From Candidatus Latescibacterota bacterium (lineage in GTDB: Bacteria; Latescibacterota; UBA2968; UBA8231): a stretch of DNA of 64,000 nt. Positions within the stretch are counted from its first letter, which is position 1; each line of letters opens with the position of its first letter. The translations under genes and the position numbers were made by a program. The notes under the pieces were generated by a model. It ran no database searches. It was not told the DNA's origin and saw only the letters and a program-made list of their open reading frames with translations. Where the stretch lies: positions 2,880,001-2,944,000 of the forward strand of contig OZ242214.1 of NCBI GenBank assembly GCA_965206595.1, in the 5' to 3' direction. Shown in pieces: positions 30,714 to 42,408 of the stretch.

Positions 30714-32489
30714 ATGAGCGCCGAGCCGGCACCCGCTTCCGCCTCATCCCGCGCCGCCCTGCCCGACTACCTCTCGGCGCGCATGATCAACGAGTACGTC
30801 TACTGCCCGCGGCTGTTCTACTTCGAGCAGGTCGAGGGGGTGTTCGTGCACAACGAGCACACCGTGGAAGGCGCCGTGCAGCACAAGCGCGTCGACAAGG
30901 AGGGCAAGTCCGCCCCCGGGCCCGAGGAAGAAACGGACGAGCCGGTCGTGGTGCGCTCGATGACCCTGTCCTCCGAGAAGCACCGGGTCATCGCCAAGCT
31001 CGACCTGGCGGAGTTCGCCGACGGCCGCGCCACGCCCGTCGACTACAAGCACGGCGGACCCATGTCCGACGACGAAGGCGTGCAGGCCTGGCCGACCGAC
31101 CGCGTTCAGCTCGCCGTTCAAGCGCTCGTGCTGCGCGCCAACGGCTATCGCTGTGAGGAGGGCTTCGTTTTCTACCAGAAGACGCGGCAGAGAGTGCGGG
31201 TCGCCTTCGACGAGGAGGCGGTCGCCGAGGCGGAGCAGGCCATCGCCGGCGCCTGGGACACCGCGGCCGCACAAGAGATGCCGCCGCCGCTCATCGACTC
31301 GCCTAAATGTCCCGGCTGCTCCCTGGTCGGCATCTGCCTGCCGGACGAGACCTGGAGCCTGTGGTCGCGCGACGACGGCGAGGCCGACCAGCTCGACCTG
31401 TTCCAGACCCGCCCGGGAAAACGCCCAAAGCCGCGGGCCGGGGGACCCCGGTTGCTCGTAACCCCGCGCGACGACCTTCGGCCCCTTTACCTCAACACCC
31501 AGAGGCTGCGCGTCGGAAAGACCGGCGGAGTCCTCCGCATCAAGGAGCGCGACAAGGTCGTCCAGGAGGCGCGCATCAACGAGATCTGCCAGGTCAACCT
31601 GATGGGCGCCGTCCAGATCAGCACCCAGGCCGTGCAGGAGCTGTGCCGCGCCGAAAAGCCGATCTGCTATTTCTCCCAGGGCGGATGGTTCTACGGCGTC
31701 ACCACCGGGCTCAGCACCAAGAACGTCTTTCTGAGAAGGACGCAGTTCCACTTGGCCGAAGAGGCCCGATTCTGCCTGCGGATCGCCAGAAAGCTGGTCG
31801 CGGGCAAGATCCGCAATCAGCGAACCATGCTGCTGCGCAACCATGTAGAGCCGCCGAAACCGGAGCTGCAGGAATTGAAGTGGCTCGTAGCCCGCGCCGA
31901 AACTGCGGAATCCCCCGAAGAGCTTCTCGGTTTCGAAGGCTGGGCAGCGCGTATCTACTTCGGGCTCTTCGCCGGCATGTTGAAGCGCGACCGCTCAGAA
32001 CAGGAGGACCCGGCGTTCACATTCGATTTCCAAGCCCGCAACCGAAGGCCCCCGCGCGACCCCGTCAACGCGCTGCTGTCCCTCGGCTACAGCCTGCTGG
32101 CCAAGGACCTGACCATCGCCTGTTACGCGGTCGGCTTCGATCCTATGATGGGATTCTTTCACCAGCCGCGGCACGGACGGCCCGCTTTGGCGCTTGATTT
32201 GATGGAGCCCTTGCGGCCGTTGATCGCCGACTCCGCGGTGCTCAGTTCCGTGAACACCAGGATGGTTTCCGAGCGCGACTTCGTGACCGCGGGGCCGGCC
32301 GTTTCGTTGACGGCCGCGGGTCGAAAAAGCTTCCTGCGGGCGTACGAGGCACGGATGGACACACTGGTTACCCATCCGCTATTCGATTACCGCGTCAGCT
32401 ACCGGCGCCTGCTCGAGATCCAGGCTCGCCTTCTGGCGAAAACGCTTGGAGGAGAGCTGGAAGAATACCCGGTTTTCGTGACGCGATGA
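30714..32489 (+). CDS. cas1: Cas4-Cas1 fusion
   Basis: Cas4 YCPR...PVDYK...CPGCSLVGIC; Cas1 KIRNQR, GFEG.AARIYF, RNRRPPRDPVNALLS, GFFH, ALALDLME. Confidence 0.95.
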   Translation: MSAEPAPASASSRAALPDYLSARMINEYVYCPRLFYFEQVEGVFVHNEHTVEGAVQHKRVDKEGKSAPGPEEETDEPVVVRSMTLSSEKHRVIAKLDLAEFADGRATPVDYKHGGPMSDDEGVQAWPTDRVQLAVQALVLRANGYRCEEGFVFYQKTRQRVRVAFDEEAVAEAEQAIAGAWDTAAAQEMPPPLIDSPKCPGCSLVGICLPDETWSLWSRDDGEADQLDLFQTRPGKRPKPRAGGPRLLVTPRDDLRPLYLNTQRLRVGKTGGVLRIKERDKVVQEARINEICQVNLMGAVQISTQAVQELCRAEKPICYFSQGGWFYGVTTGLSTKNVFLRRTQFHLAEEARFCLRIARKLVAGKIRNQRTMLLRNHVEPPKPELQELKWLVARAETAESPEELLGFEGWAARIYFGLFAGMLKRDRSEQEDPAFTFDFQARNRRPPRDPVNALLSLGYSLLAKDLTIACYAVGFDPMMGFFHQPRHGRPALALDLMEPLRPLIADSAVLSSVNTRMVSERDFVTAGPAVSLTAAGRKSFLRAYEARMDTLVTHPLFDYRVSYRRLLEIQARLLAKTLGGELEEYPVFVTR

Positions 32490-32671
32490 CCTTGCGAGCG
32501 GCGAGGCGGCGCGGCGAATCCCCCCGGCGCTCGCGTTGGCGTAAGTGACGTATTATCAATGAGATCCATACGGGAAACAATCAGGACACCGATCGATTTA
32601 GAGACGGCGGCGGTCGCCGCTCGCATTTACGCTTCCAAGTGTTTGAGAATACTATAGATAGGGTGCAAGCC
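32490..32671 (+). promoter_or_regulatory. CRISPR leader
   Basis: Between cas1 and first repeat; GCGAGCG (32494) with inverted CGCTCGC copies (32528, 32618); partial IHF-like boxes TATCAATGAGAT and TTCCAAGTGTTTG. Confidence 0.7.
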
Positions 32672-35600
32672 CTTTCCGCGATCTGTTGATCGCGGCCTCA
32701 TTGAAGCGAGCCCGTGCTTCCATTTTGGACTTTCCGCGATCTGTTGATCGCGGCCTCATTGAAGCGAAACGGTCCCGTCGTTGACGGCCCGGCTTTCCGC
32801 GATCTGTTGATCGCGGCCTCATTGAAGCCGGACCGTTCCCGCTGCGGCCCAACGCGTCTCCGGGCACGCGCTTTCCGCGATCTGTTGATCGCGGCCTCAT
32901 TGAAGCGACGCTTGAACTGCGTTTGCCTTTCCGCGATCTGTTGATCGCGGCCTCATTGAAGCGGCGATCACCGGGACCGGCCTTTCCGCGATCTGTTGAT
33001 CACCACGCTTCGGAACTTTCCGCGATCTGTTGATCGCGGCCTCATTGAAGCGGAGGTCGTATAAGTGGATCACCAAATTGCAGCACAGGCTTTCCGCGAT
33101 CTGTTGATCGCGGCCTCATTGAAGCTATGGAATCACCCGCCGGCAGAGCTTTCCGCGATCTGTTGATCGCGGCCTCATTGAAGCGACGTTTTTCGGCGAC
33201 TTTCCGCGAGGTGGTAGACACCACATCGCTGATCGCGGCCTCATTGAAGCGACGGCGAGAGCTTTCCGCGATCTGTTGATCGCGGCCTCATTGAAGCATG
33301 TTTTTTCCTTTCGTGGTTTACTGCGAGAGCCTTCTTTCCGCGATCTGTTGATCGCGGCCTCATTGAAGCCAGGAATATCGCTTCGCCGCGGACTTGTCCG
33401 GCATCGCTTTCCGCGATCTGTTGATCGCGGCCTCATTGAAGCGCGGGACGCACCCGAACCAGGTGCCGAGCATCACGACTTTCCGCGATCTGTTGATCGC
33501 GGCCTCATTGAAGCTGGGAACCGGTTCGCAAAGCCAACATGGCTGTTTTCTTTCCGCGATCTGTTGATCGCGGCCTCATTGAAGCCAGCAGGGCCTTCTT
33601 GGCGTCGGCCAGGTGCCAAAACCCCTTTCCGCGATCTGTTGATCGCGGCCTCATTGAAGCACCTCTCCGGCGAGCAGGACCAATGACCTTCAGTCCGTCA
33701 ACTTTCCGCGATCTGTTGATCGCGGCCTCATTGAAGCCCAGCCCGAATTGGGAAGCGGCCCTTTCCGTCGATACCTTGGCTTTCCGCGATCTGTTGATCG
33801 CGGCCTCATTGAAGCCAGGCTCCATGCCCGCAAAGGATAGCTGCCGGCTGCTTTCCGCGATCTGTTGATCGCGGCCTCATTGAAGCGTCCCGCTCCCGGG
33901 TCCGTCCTTCGGCCGCCGCCTGGTCTTTCCGCGATCTGTTGATCGCGGCCTCATTGAAGCCAAATCGAGAAAACCCTGTACCGCTGGACCATCCGGCACT
34001 TTCCGCGATCTGTTGATCGCGGCCTCATTGAAGCCGGAGCGGTTGGGGAAGAATTCGTTCGGCGCTACCTCTTTCCGCGATCTGTTGATCGCGGCCTCAT
34101 TGAAGCCCCGGGCGCAACGCGGTAGCCGGAACCGTGAAAAGAAGCTTTCCGCGATCTGTTGATCGCGGCCTCATTGAAGCTCGGATACCGAACTCAGTGC
34201 TGGATGTAAGCCCGTAGAAACTTTCCGCGATCTGTTGATCGCGGCCTCATTGAAGCCGCCCGGTTCGCTGGACAGGACCATGCGCGGGAATCTTTCCGCG
34301 ATCTGTTGATCGCGGCCTCATTGAAGCATGTTTGCGCTATTCACAATAAGGCCCCCGCAGAACCGACTTTCCGCGATCTGTTGATCGCGGCCTCATTGAA
34401 GCCAGGACCTGCTGGTCGAAGGGATCGAGGAAGCCGACTTTCCGCGATCTGTTGATCGCGGCCTCATTGAAGCCGGGCGCGTCTGCTGCCTGCCGGTACA
34501 CGCGCCACACCTTTCCGCGATCTGTTGATCGCGGCCTCATTGAAGCTTCTGTTGTGCGCCCTTCCCTGAACCCTACGGGCCGCTTTCCGCGATCTGTTGA
34601 TCGCGGCCTCATTGAAGCGCCGCGCATGTTGTTCGGTTTGTCGGCTATCAGGTTTCCGACCTTTCCGCGATCTGTTGATCGCGGCCTCATTGAAGCGACC
34701 TGGTCCAGGGATTCGCCCACAAGAGACACGTCCTGCAGCTTTCCGCGATCTGTTGATCGCGGCCTCATTGAAGCTGCTGGCCGTCGTCCTGGTCCTACTT
34801 TTCGCCGCCCAACTTTCCGCGATCTGTTGATCGCGGCCTCATTGAAGCGAACAAATGCATAGCATTCAGGCCCAGATACAACAGCTTTCCGCGATCTGTT
34901 GATCGCGGCCTCATTGAAGCTTGTTCCCTCCGGTCCCTGAAACCCGAACCGCCCCGGCTTTCCGCGATCTGTTGATCGCGGCCTCATTGAAGCACAGTTT
35001 ATTCGTTCGATAGGGAAAGGTATTGGAAGCTTTCCGCGATCTGTTGATCGCGGCCTCATTGAAGCGCGGCCGATGCCGTTACGGAGCCAAAGCTGGACGC
35101 CACCAACTTTCCGCGATCTGTTGATCGCGGCCTCATTGAAGCCACAGAGGCAGGGGGAACCGTCACCCAAGTCCAATTGCTTTCCGCGATCTGTTGATCG
35201 CGGCCTCATTGAAGCTTCCGACGGGTAAAGGCCAAGAAGGAGAAGGCCGGCTTTCCGCGATCTGTTGATCGCGGCCTCATTGAAGCCCGGTTTCCATTTG
35301 GAGACCCGCGTCCGGTGCACCTTTCCGCGATCTGTTGATCGCGGCCTCATTGAAGCGCGGCCGGCTCTCGAAGCCGATGGCGCGTCCGGCAGTTCCTTTC
35401 CGCGATCTGTTGATCGCGGCCTCATTGAAGCACGGCGGCTTGCGAACCTTCGCCGTATCCTTGCGAGACCTTTCCGCGATCTGTTGATCGCGGCCTCATT
35501 GAAGCACTCCGTCCACCAACACATCTACCTGTCGCTTTCGCTGCACGACTTTCCGCGATCTGTTGATCGCGGCCTCATTGAAGCAACACTTACAGCCGCT

Positions 35601-38600
35601 CCTTGGATATTCGCAGTATGAGAGCTTTCCGCGATCTGTTGATCGCGGCCTCATTGAAGCTGGCGCAACACCCGCTGCTGTTCGAGCGATGCGGCGATGC
35701 TTTCCGCGATCTGTTGATCGCGGCCTCATTGAAGCAGGGTGACCATAAACCCCCTCGACGGCGGGCCGACCACGGTCGCCTTTCCGCGATCTGTTGATCG
35801 CGGCCTCATTGAAGCGCGCCGCGGCCGTCCTGGACCCAGAAGGTGAGATCGGCCTTTCCGCGATCTGTTGATCGCGGCCTCATTGAAGCACCGTCGACGA
35901 GTTCTTCAACACCGACGAAACCACCCAGCTTTCCGCGATCTGTTGATCGCGGCCTCATTGAAGCCCCGGCGGTGAACTTCCACGACGAACTTGGCGAGTA
36001 TGACTTTCCGCGATCTGTTGATCGCGGCCTCATTGAAGCTGGGCCGGCCGTTTCATGCCTGCCGCTCGGCCTCCCGGCTTTCCGCGATCTGTTGATCGCG
36101 GCCTCATTGAAGCCGGGAGCCGGGCCTACCGGACGAAGTCCGCCGGTGGGCCTTTCCGCGATCTGTTGATCGCGGCCTCATTGAAGCCCGAAACGATCAG
36201 GACAGCGTCGCCGACGGGTTCCGCTTTCCGCGATCTGTTGATCGCGGCCTCATTGAAGCCTTGGCCTTGGCCTTCGTCTTGACCGGCCTGGCCGGCCGAC
36301 TTTCCGCGATCTGTTGATCGCGGCCTCATTGAAGCCTGTACGTCGGCCGCATGGTGCCCGAAAAAGGAACTTTCCGCGATCTGTTGATCGCGGCCTCATT
36401 GAAGCGAGGCACAATGTGCAATATCGGCCGGTGCGGGGCCTTCTTTCCGCGATCTGTTGATCGCGGCCTCATTGAAGCCCGGCCGACCCCGCGCGGATCG
36501 CGGCCGCGGCGCCCCTTTCCGCGATCTGTTGATCGCGGCCTCATTGAAGCCTGGAGAGCGTCAGGACTCGCAAAGGCTCCTGAGCTAAACTTTCCGCGAT
36601 CTGTTGATCGCGGCCTCATTGAAGCGGGGAGACGGGCGACGTGGAAGACGGCACCACTACGCTTGCAGCTTTCCGCGATCTGTTGATCGCGGCCTCATTG
36701 AAGCGGGGGACCGGGCGCTGGAAAGCAGGTCGACGGTGGCACTTTCCGCGATCTGTTGATCGCGGCCTCATTGAAGCGTCTATTACGTTTTCTTCAGCTA
36801 CCAGGAGGCCGGCGCTTTCCGCGATCTGTTGATCGCGGCCTCATTGAAGCCTTGGTGTGTGCTGTGTTTCTCATGTATTAAGTATAGCTTTCCGCGATCT
36901 GTTGATCGCGGCCTCATTGAAGCGCAGCCGTACACCTTGTAAGCAAAAGCCGACGAGGGCTTTCCGCGATCTGTTGATCGCGGCCTCATTGAAGCTGCGT
37001 GTTCGAGGGCCATGCATTGCAGGTGCTCTTTTCTTTCCGCGATCTGTTGATCGCGGCCTCATTGAAGCATGCGCGTTTCGGCCGTCGATTCGCCGACCGT
37101 CCACTTTCCGCGATCTGTTGATCGCGGCCTCATTGAAGCGACGTTAGTTGCATTTTGAACATACCTAAAGCTAAGGGCTTTCCGCGATCTGTTGATCGCG
37201 GCCTCATTGAAGCACTCGCCCACCCGGCTTTCCAAGCTCCGGACCTGGAGGGTCTTTCCGCGATCTGTTGATCGCGGCCTCATTGAAGCCGAGCAGCAGC
37301 AAGGTGTTGCAATGCGAAGACTGCGACTTTCCGCGATCTGTTGATCGCGGCCTCATTGAAGCACCATTTCAGCAATCTTGTCGTTCGGAAGGTATGCTTT
37401 CCGCGATCTGTTGATCGCGGCCTCATTGAAGCCGCTAGACGCAGCCTCAACGAAAAACCCGTACGCGTCCTTTCCGCGATCTGTTGATCGCGGCCTCATT
37501 GAAGCGCTGGACGAACACCCCACCCACTTGGACGACGAACCCGACTTTCCGCGATCTGTTGATCGCGGCCTCATTGAAGCCCGTTGGCGAGAACGACATC
37601 ACCGACATTCTGACTGCTTTCCGCGATCTGTTGATCGCGGCCTCATTGAAGCCGTGCCAACTCGGCGAACTGTGAATCGCTGACCCGCTTGGGCCTTTCC
37701 GCGATCTGTTGATCGCGGCCTCATTGAAGCCTGAGGTCGAGCAGCAGGCGGGTGGTCAGATCTACGGCTTTCCGCGATCTGTTGATCGCGGCCTCATTGA
37801 AGCTTCTTGAAACCCTCCTTGTGAGGTTATTCCATCAATGAACTTTCCGCGATCTGTTGATCGCGGCCTCATTGAAGCTCCGGGGCTCCTGTTTCACCAA
37901 CTTCCACTCCACTTCTTTCCGCGATCTGTTGATCGCGGCCTCATTGAAGCGGCAATAGCTTGTTCGTAAAACTGCTCGGCTTGAGCTTTCCGCGATCTGT
38001 TGATCGCGGCCTCATTGAAGCATTTGGCGGTATCGAGTTTAGTTTTCAAGTGGGCCGGCCTCTTTCCGCGATCTGTTGATCGCGGCCTCATTGAAGCCAG
38101 GTGAAATAGATCGCGAAGATCGGACACGAGACGAGCCTTTCCGCGATCTGTTGATCGCGGCCTCATTGAAGCGGGATTTATCGACCGCGCAACGTTTGTG
38201 GTCGGCAACTTTCCGCGATCTGTTGATCGCGGCCTCATTGAAGCCCGCGGGATTTTTTGCAGGTCGGGCAACCGGAGGAGGGCTTTCCGCGATCTGTTGA
38301 TCGCGGCCTCATTGAAGCAGGTGATCGAGGGTCAGGTGTGCTTCTCCTTCAACAGTGCTTTCCGCGATCTGTTGATCGCGGCCTCATTGAAGCGTTGGGG
38401 GCGGTCGCGCCTTGGGGCCTGATCTGGAAACTTTCCGCGATCTGTTGATCGCGGCCTCATTGAAGCGCCCTTTCTTCCGGATCCTTGGTGGACTCGAACT
38501 GCTCACGGGCTTTCCGCGATCTGTTGATCGCGGCCTCATTGAAGCGGATTTGCCCGGACGATAGGGAAGAATCTTCATCACCCTTTCCGCGATCTGTTGA

Positions 38601-40305
38601 TCGCGGCCTCATTGAAGCCCATCAGGCGATGATAGCCTCGATGCCCGTGGCGGCTTTCCGCGATCTGTTGATCGCGGCCTCATTGAAGCGCCCCTGATAA
38701 CCTTACGAAACAGAATAAAACGAGGGGGCTTTCCGCGATCTGTTGATCGCGGCCTCATTGAAGCGCGAGCAGTTTCAGGCGCTGTTCGGTGCCGACCTAT
38801 CGCCTTTCCGCGATCTGTTGATCGCGGCCTCATTGAAGCGAGCCGCTGGAAATCCTCAATGGCTCCCGCTGCGCCCTTTCCGCGATCTGTTGATCGCGGC
38901 CTCATTGAAGCCGTGAAGGTCCGCATCCTGATACATGGACTGCCTTTCCGCGATCTGTTGATCGCGGCCTCATTGAAGCTCGACCGCTGGCGCTTGGCGA
39001 ACGACCTGGCGGGCCGTTCGAACTTTCCGCGATCTGTTGATCGCGGCCTCATTGAAGCCGGCCGTCGAGCATCTGCAGGCCGCCATACGGGTTGGCACTT
39101 TCCGCGATCTGTTGATCGCGGCCTCATTGAAGCAAGTTCGGAATGAGGCTCGAGGTATTTGTAGATCTCGTCTTTCCGCGATCTGTTGATCGCGGCCTCA
39201 TTGAAGCGCGCAGAGCATGGCCGTTGCTGTTCGCACCATGCAACTTTCCGCGATCTGTTGATCGCGGCCTCATTGAAGCGTCGGGGTGCTGAAGCCAGCC
39301 GGAAGGCCACCACGCCGCCGCTTTCCGCGATCTGTTGATCGCGGCCTCATTGAAGCCCGCCGGTCCGCCCGGCTGACGCGCTGCGGATACCGGGCCTTTC
39401 CGCGATCTGTTGATCGCGGCCTCATTGAAGCAAGGCGGCGCCGGCTGCTTTCGATCCTATGGGCGCCTCTTTCCGCGATCTGTTGATCGCGGCCTCATTG
39501 AAGCGAGCCGGGAGATCCGCTGATAACGACCGACGATATCGTCACTTTCCGCGATCTGTTGATCGCGGCCTCATTGAAGCCAAGGGACTACTCGCAGTAC
39601 CGGCAGTACCTTGAGACGACTTTCCGCGATCTGTTGATCGCGGCCTCATTGAAGCCAGCTGTCGGCCGGTCGCGTCGAGCTTTTTACGGCGATGGCCTTT
39701 CCGCGATCTGTTGATCGCGGCCTCATTGAAGCGGCTATGGTAATATCTCCAGTAGCCCACAAAGACCCCTTTCCGCGATCTGTTGATCGCGGCCTCATTG
39801 AAGCGGCTCGGCCGGCGTCTGCTACGCGTCGGCCTCCGCTTTCCGCGATCTGTTGATCGCGGCCTCATTGAAGCTCTACAAACTCCCTTAGGGGTATCCA
39901 TTTAAGAGGACTGGCACAGGAGGGCAATAATCTTATTCGCTTCCTGTTCGGGCAGCCCTCTAAATTCAAGTTTTTGAATCGTTCAGCCCGGCTTGGCGTC
40001 CAGTTACCCTCGTCGAGATCTTCCACGATACGCCCCGTTCCGCGAAGAATGCCGACACCGTCACCCCAGCACACACCGTCGGCCCGAGGGATCCCCTGGA
40101 TATGCCATGGCGAAGGCTGCCCGAACAGAATGAGCCTGGATTGGTTTGCCGATTCTGAGAAGAACCGCCGCCAAAACCAATATTTCGTTTCTTCGCTCAA
40201 ATTTATATGGCGGGGTCCAGTTAAATGGATACCCCTAAACTCCCTTTTACTATCGGCTACTTGCGGCATCTTTCCGCGATCTGTTGATCGCGGCCTCATT
40301 GAAGC
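32672..40305 (+). CRISPR. CRISPR array, 36 bp repeat CTTTCCGCGATCTGTTGATCGCGGCCTCATTGAAGC, ~101 repeats / ~100 spacers
   Basis: Hand count includes one truncated and one interrupted repeat; hairpin CCGCGATC/GATCGCGG; 3' handle ATTGAAGC; most spacers ~32-44 nt. Confidence 0.98.
39890..40236. mobile_element. 347 bp MITE-like non-autonomous IS inserted in last spacer
   Basis: Perfect terminal inverted repeats AGGGGTATCCATTTAA / TTAAATGGATACCCCT; flanking direct repeat AAACTCCCTT (39880-39889, 40237-40246); excision restores a 38 nt spacer. Confidence 0.85.
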
Positions 40306-40327
40306 CGATATAGCCGGGGACGGGGTA

Positions 40328-40407
40328 GCGGCGGCGCGCTTGGAGGAGCTGCGCGACCTGCTCGGGCGGTACCGGGAACGCCACGAGTTCCTGCTGACTG
40401 CGGATGA
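40328..40407 (+). repeat. Right copy of island-bounding direct repeat (orphan 3' end of the 9480-9989 gene)
   Basis: Encodes AAARLEELRDLLGRYRERHEFLLTAD vs AAERLQELRELLGRYRDRHEFLLAVD. Confidence 0.8.
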
Positions 40408-40606
40408 GAAGCTGAGGGGAAAACGCCTGGTAACCGGGCCGCTGATCAGCGGCAGGAAGCGTCCGTTAAGTTAATTGTGAGGTTGGAAGATCGGCCGGAA
40501 GGATCTTGTGGTCACCGCTTGAATGAAAGGATTCTTCCACCGGTGGGCTAACTAAAGGATCAATACCTGTATCCTTTCTTCTCCGCTTCGGCCGTCTCCG
40601 GAATAA

Positions 40607-42019
40607 TTACAAGCATTCCCCTTCACCATTTAGCGATTGGCCTTCGGGACAGCATTGCGACGATAGACCTTCAAAATGGCTTAGGTATTCACCTTCGGGA
40701 CAGCAAACCCGCACCAATTTCCATTCATATTCGCAAGGTGGAGATTCACCATTTGAGCACGTAGTGGCAGGATCTTCCATCGCCTTGCAAAGGTCATTTT
40801 TTCTATTCTGGTATTCCCCGGGTGTTGCATTGTGGCCGCAAACTATGGTATACGGACTGTTATAAAGCGGAATTGCTGTATTGCCCGGCGAATTCCCATC
40901 CACGGTATAGCGCTCCCAACTCTTGCTGTGAGGGAATAAACGAGACCTTGGCTGGTCCCCGGGGGCGGGGTATCGCGCACCGTTCGGGCGGCAATCAGTG
41001 GGAATCGTGTTCTGTGGAGGAGGCGGAGGTGGCGGGGGAGGAGGCGGAGGAGGAGGAGGAGGTGGTGGGGGTGGTGGCTGCCCGTCGTCCGTGCCGTCCC
41101 CAGTCGTGGTCCCATCGTCGACACCGTCATCCGTCGTCGTGCCGCCGTCATCCCCCTGACCGTCGCCCGTCGTGGTGCCGCCGTCGTCCCCCTGGCCGTC
41201 GCCCGTCGTCGTGCCGCCGTCATCCCCCTGACCGTCATCCGTCGTCGTGCCGCCGTCATCCCCCTGACCGTCATCCGTCGTCGTGCCGCCGTCATCCCCC
41301 TGACCGTCATCCGTCGTCGTGCCGCCGTCATCCCCCTGACCGTCGTCCGTCGTCGTGCCGCCGTCATCCCCCTGACCGTCGTCCGTCGTCGTACCGCCGT
41401 CGTCCCCATCGTCGACGGTTCCGTCATCCGTCGTGTCTACATCGCCCCTTTGTCCGTCGTCGGTGGTGCCTCCGTCATCACCCTTCCCGTCACCCACCGA
41501 GCCCCCGTCGTCCGTCTGTCCGTCGTCACGGGGCCCTCTGCCATCGTCGTCGCCCTTGCCGTCGTCCGTGGTGGTGCCTCCGTCATCGGCCGTCCCGTCG
41601 TCCGTGGTGGTGCCTCCGTCATCGGCCGTCCCGTCGTCCGTGGTGGTGCCTCCGTCATCGGCCGTCCCGTCATCCGTGGTGGTGCCTCCGTCATCGGCCG
41701 TCCCGTCATCCGTCGTGCCTGCATCATCGACCGTCCCGTCATCCGTCGGACCTCCATCGTCGACCTGGCCTCCGTCAGCCGAGCCTCCGTCCTCACCTCC
41801 GGTGCCGGTCGCGTCCGTGGGTTCCCGGCGCTCTCCGAAGTGGTCGGCGAAGATGAAGAAGTCGTCGAGGTCGACCAGCCCGCCGTCCCCATCGAGGTCG
41901 TACTTCGGGGCCACGGTGCCGAAGTGATCCTTGAACAGCCAGTAATCCTCCCATTCGACCACCCCATCCCCGTTGAAATCGGGAAATACCATCATCCCTA
42001 CCGCAAGCAAGAGCCACAT
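40607..42019 (-). CDS. Secreted protein: dockerin/EF-hand-like N-terminus, Asp-Gly-Thr tandem repeats, polyproline, Cys-rich C-terminus
   Basis: DFNGDGVVEWED and DLDGDGGLVDLDD Ca-binding loops; 12 aa DDGGTTTDDGQG / DDGTADDGGTTT repeats; long poly-Pro run; many C-terminal Cys. Confidence 0.75.
   Translation of the reverse strand: MWLLLAVGMMVFPDFNGDGVVEWEDYWLFKDHFGTVAPKYDLDGDGGLVDLDDFFIFADHFGERREPTDATGTGGEDGGSADGGQVDDGGPTDDGTVDDAGTTDDGTADDGGTTTDDGTADDGGTTTDDGTADDGGTTTDDGTADDGGTTTDDGKGDDDGRGPRDDGQTDDGGSVGDGKGDDGGTTDDGQRGDVDTTDDGTVDDGDDGGTTTDDGQGDDGGTTTDDGQGDDGGTTTDDGQGDDGGTTTDDGQGDDGGTTTDDGQGDDGGTTTGDGQGDDGGTTTGDGQGDDGGTTTDDGVDDGTTTGDGTDDGQPPPPPPPPPPPPPPPPPPPPPQNTIPTDCRPNGARYPAPGDQPRSRLFPHSKSWERYTVDGNSPGNTAIPLYNSPYTIVCGHNATPGEYQNRKNDLCKAMEDPATTCSNGESPPCEYEWKLVRVCCPEGEYLSHFEGLSSQCCPEGQSLNGEGECL
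41085..41760 (-). repeat. Coding 36 bp tandem repeats (two blocks)
   Basis: Units CCGTCATCCCCCTGACCGTCATCCGTCGTCGTGCCG and CCGTCATCGGCCGTCCCGTCGTCCGTGGTGGTGCCT. Confidence 0.85.
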
Positions 42020-42408
42020 GGCCTACAACTCCTTCTCCCCCCGTAACCGTTCCCCTTCCCGGTCGCTGGGACCGGGAACAGGGACGCAGGGAGCTACGTT
42101 TACGGCGGTAGTTCGAGGTCGAACGCGGTGCTGCCGAAGGCTGCCGGGGGGAGAACCGCTCGGATGGCTCGCCTTCTTCGATGAAACCAGGGAACGCGCC
42201 GCCGGGGAATGCGACACTAATCACTGGTTTAAAATACGAAGACGGGGAAATTCTTGCCCTTGGGTTTTTGGATCCCGTCCTGGCGATTCTGCGGGACTTC
42301 CTGACAGGCGGGATCAAATAGGGATTTCAATCCATTCTCCTGCTCGGAGTTTCAGGATCTCCGGATCTGCGCCGGACGGATACTCCCGGACCCCGGTTTC
42401 GGACCTGG

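Noticed and set aside
32708-39874. Self-targeting spacers within this window
   Set aside because: None spotted by eye for the main array, but an exhaustive search was not possible and needs computation
32652-39901. Many ORFs with MRPRSTDRGK / FRDLLIAASLK / FNEAAINRSRK repeats
   Set aside because: They are translations of the CRISPR repeat, not genes
41085-41760. 36 bp periodic sequence as a second CRISPR array
   Set aside because: Head-to-tail coding repeats with no unique spacers
42020-42300. Hairpin-rich leader upstream of the repeat protein (also 45700-45900 and 59760-59960) as riboswitches
   Set aside because: Stems are present but there is no recognisable riboswitch consensus, and they are expected by chance at this GC content
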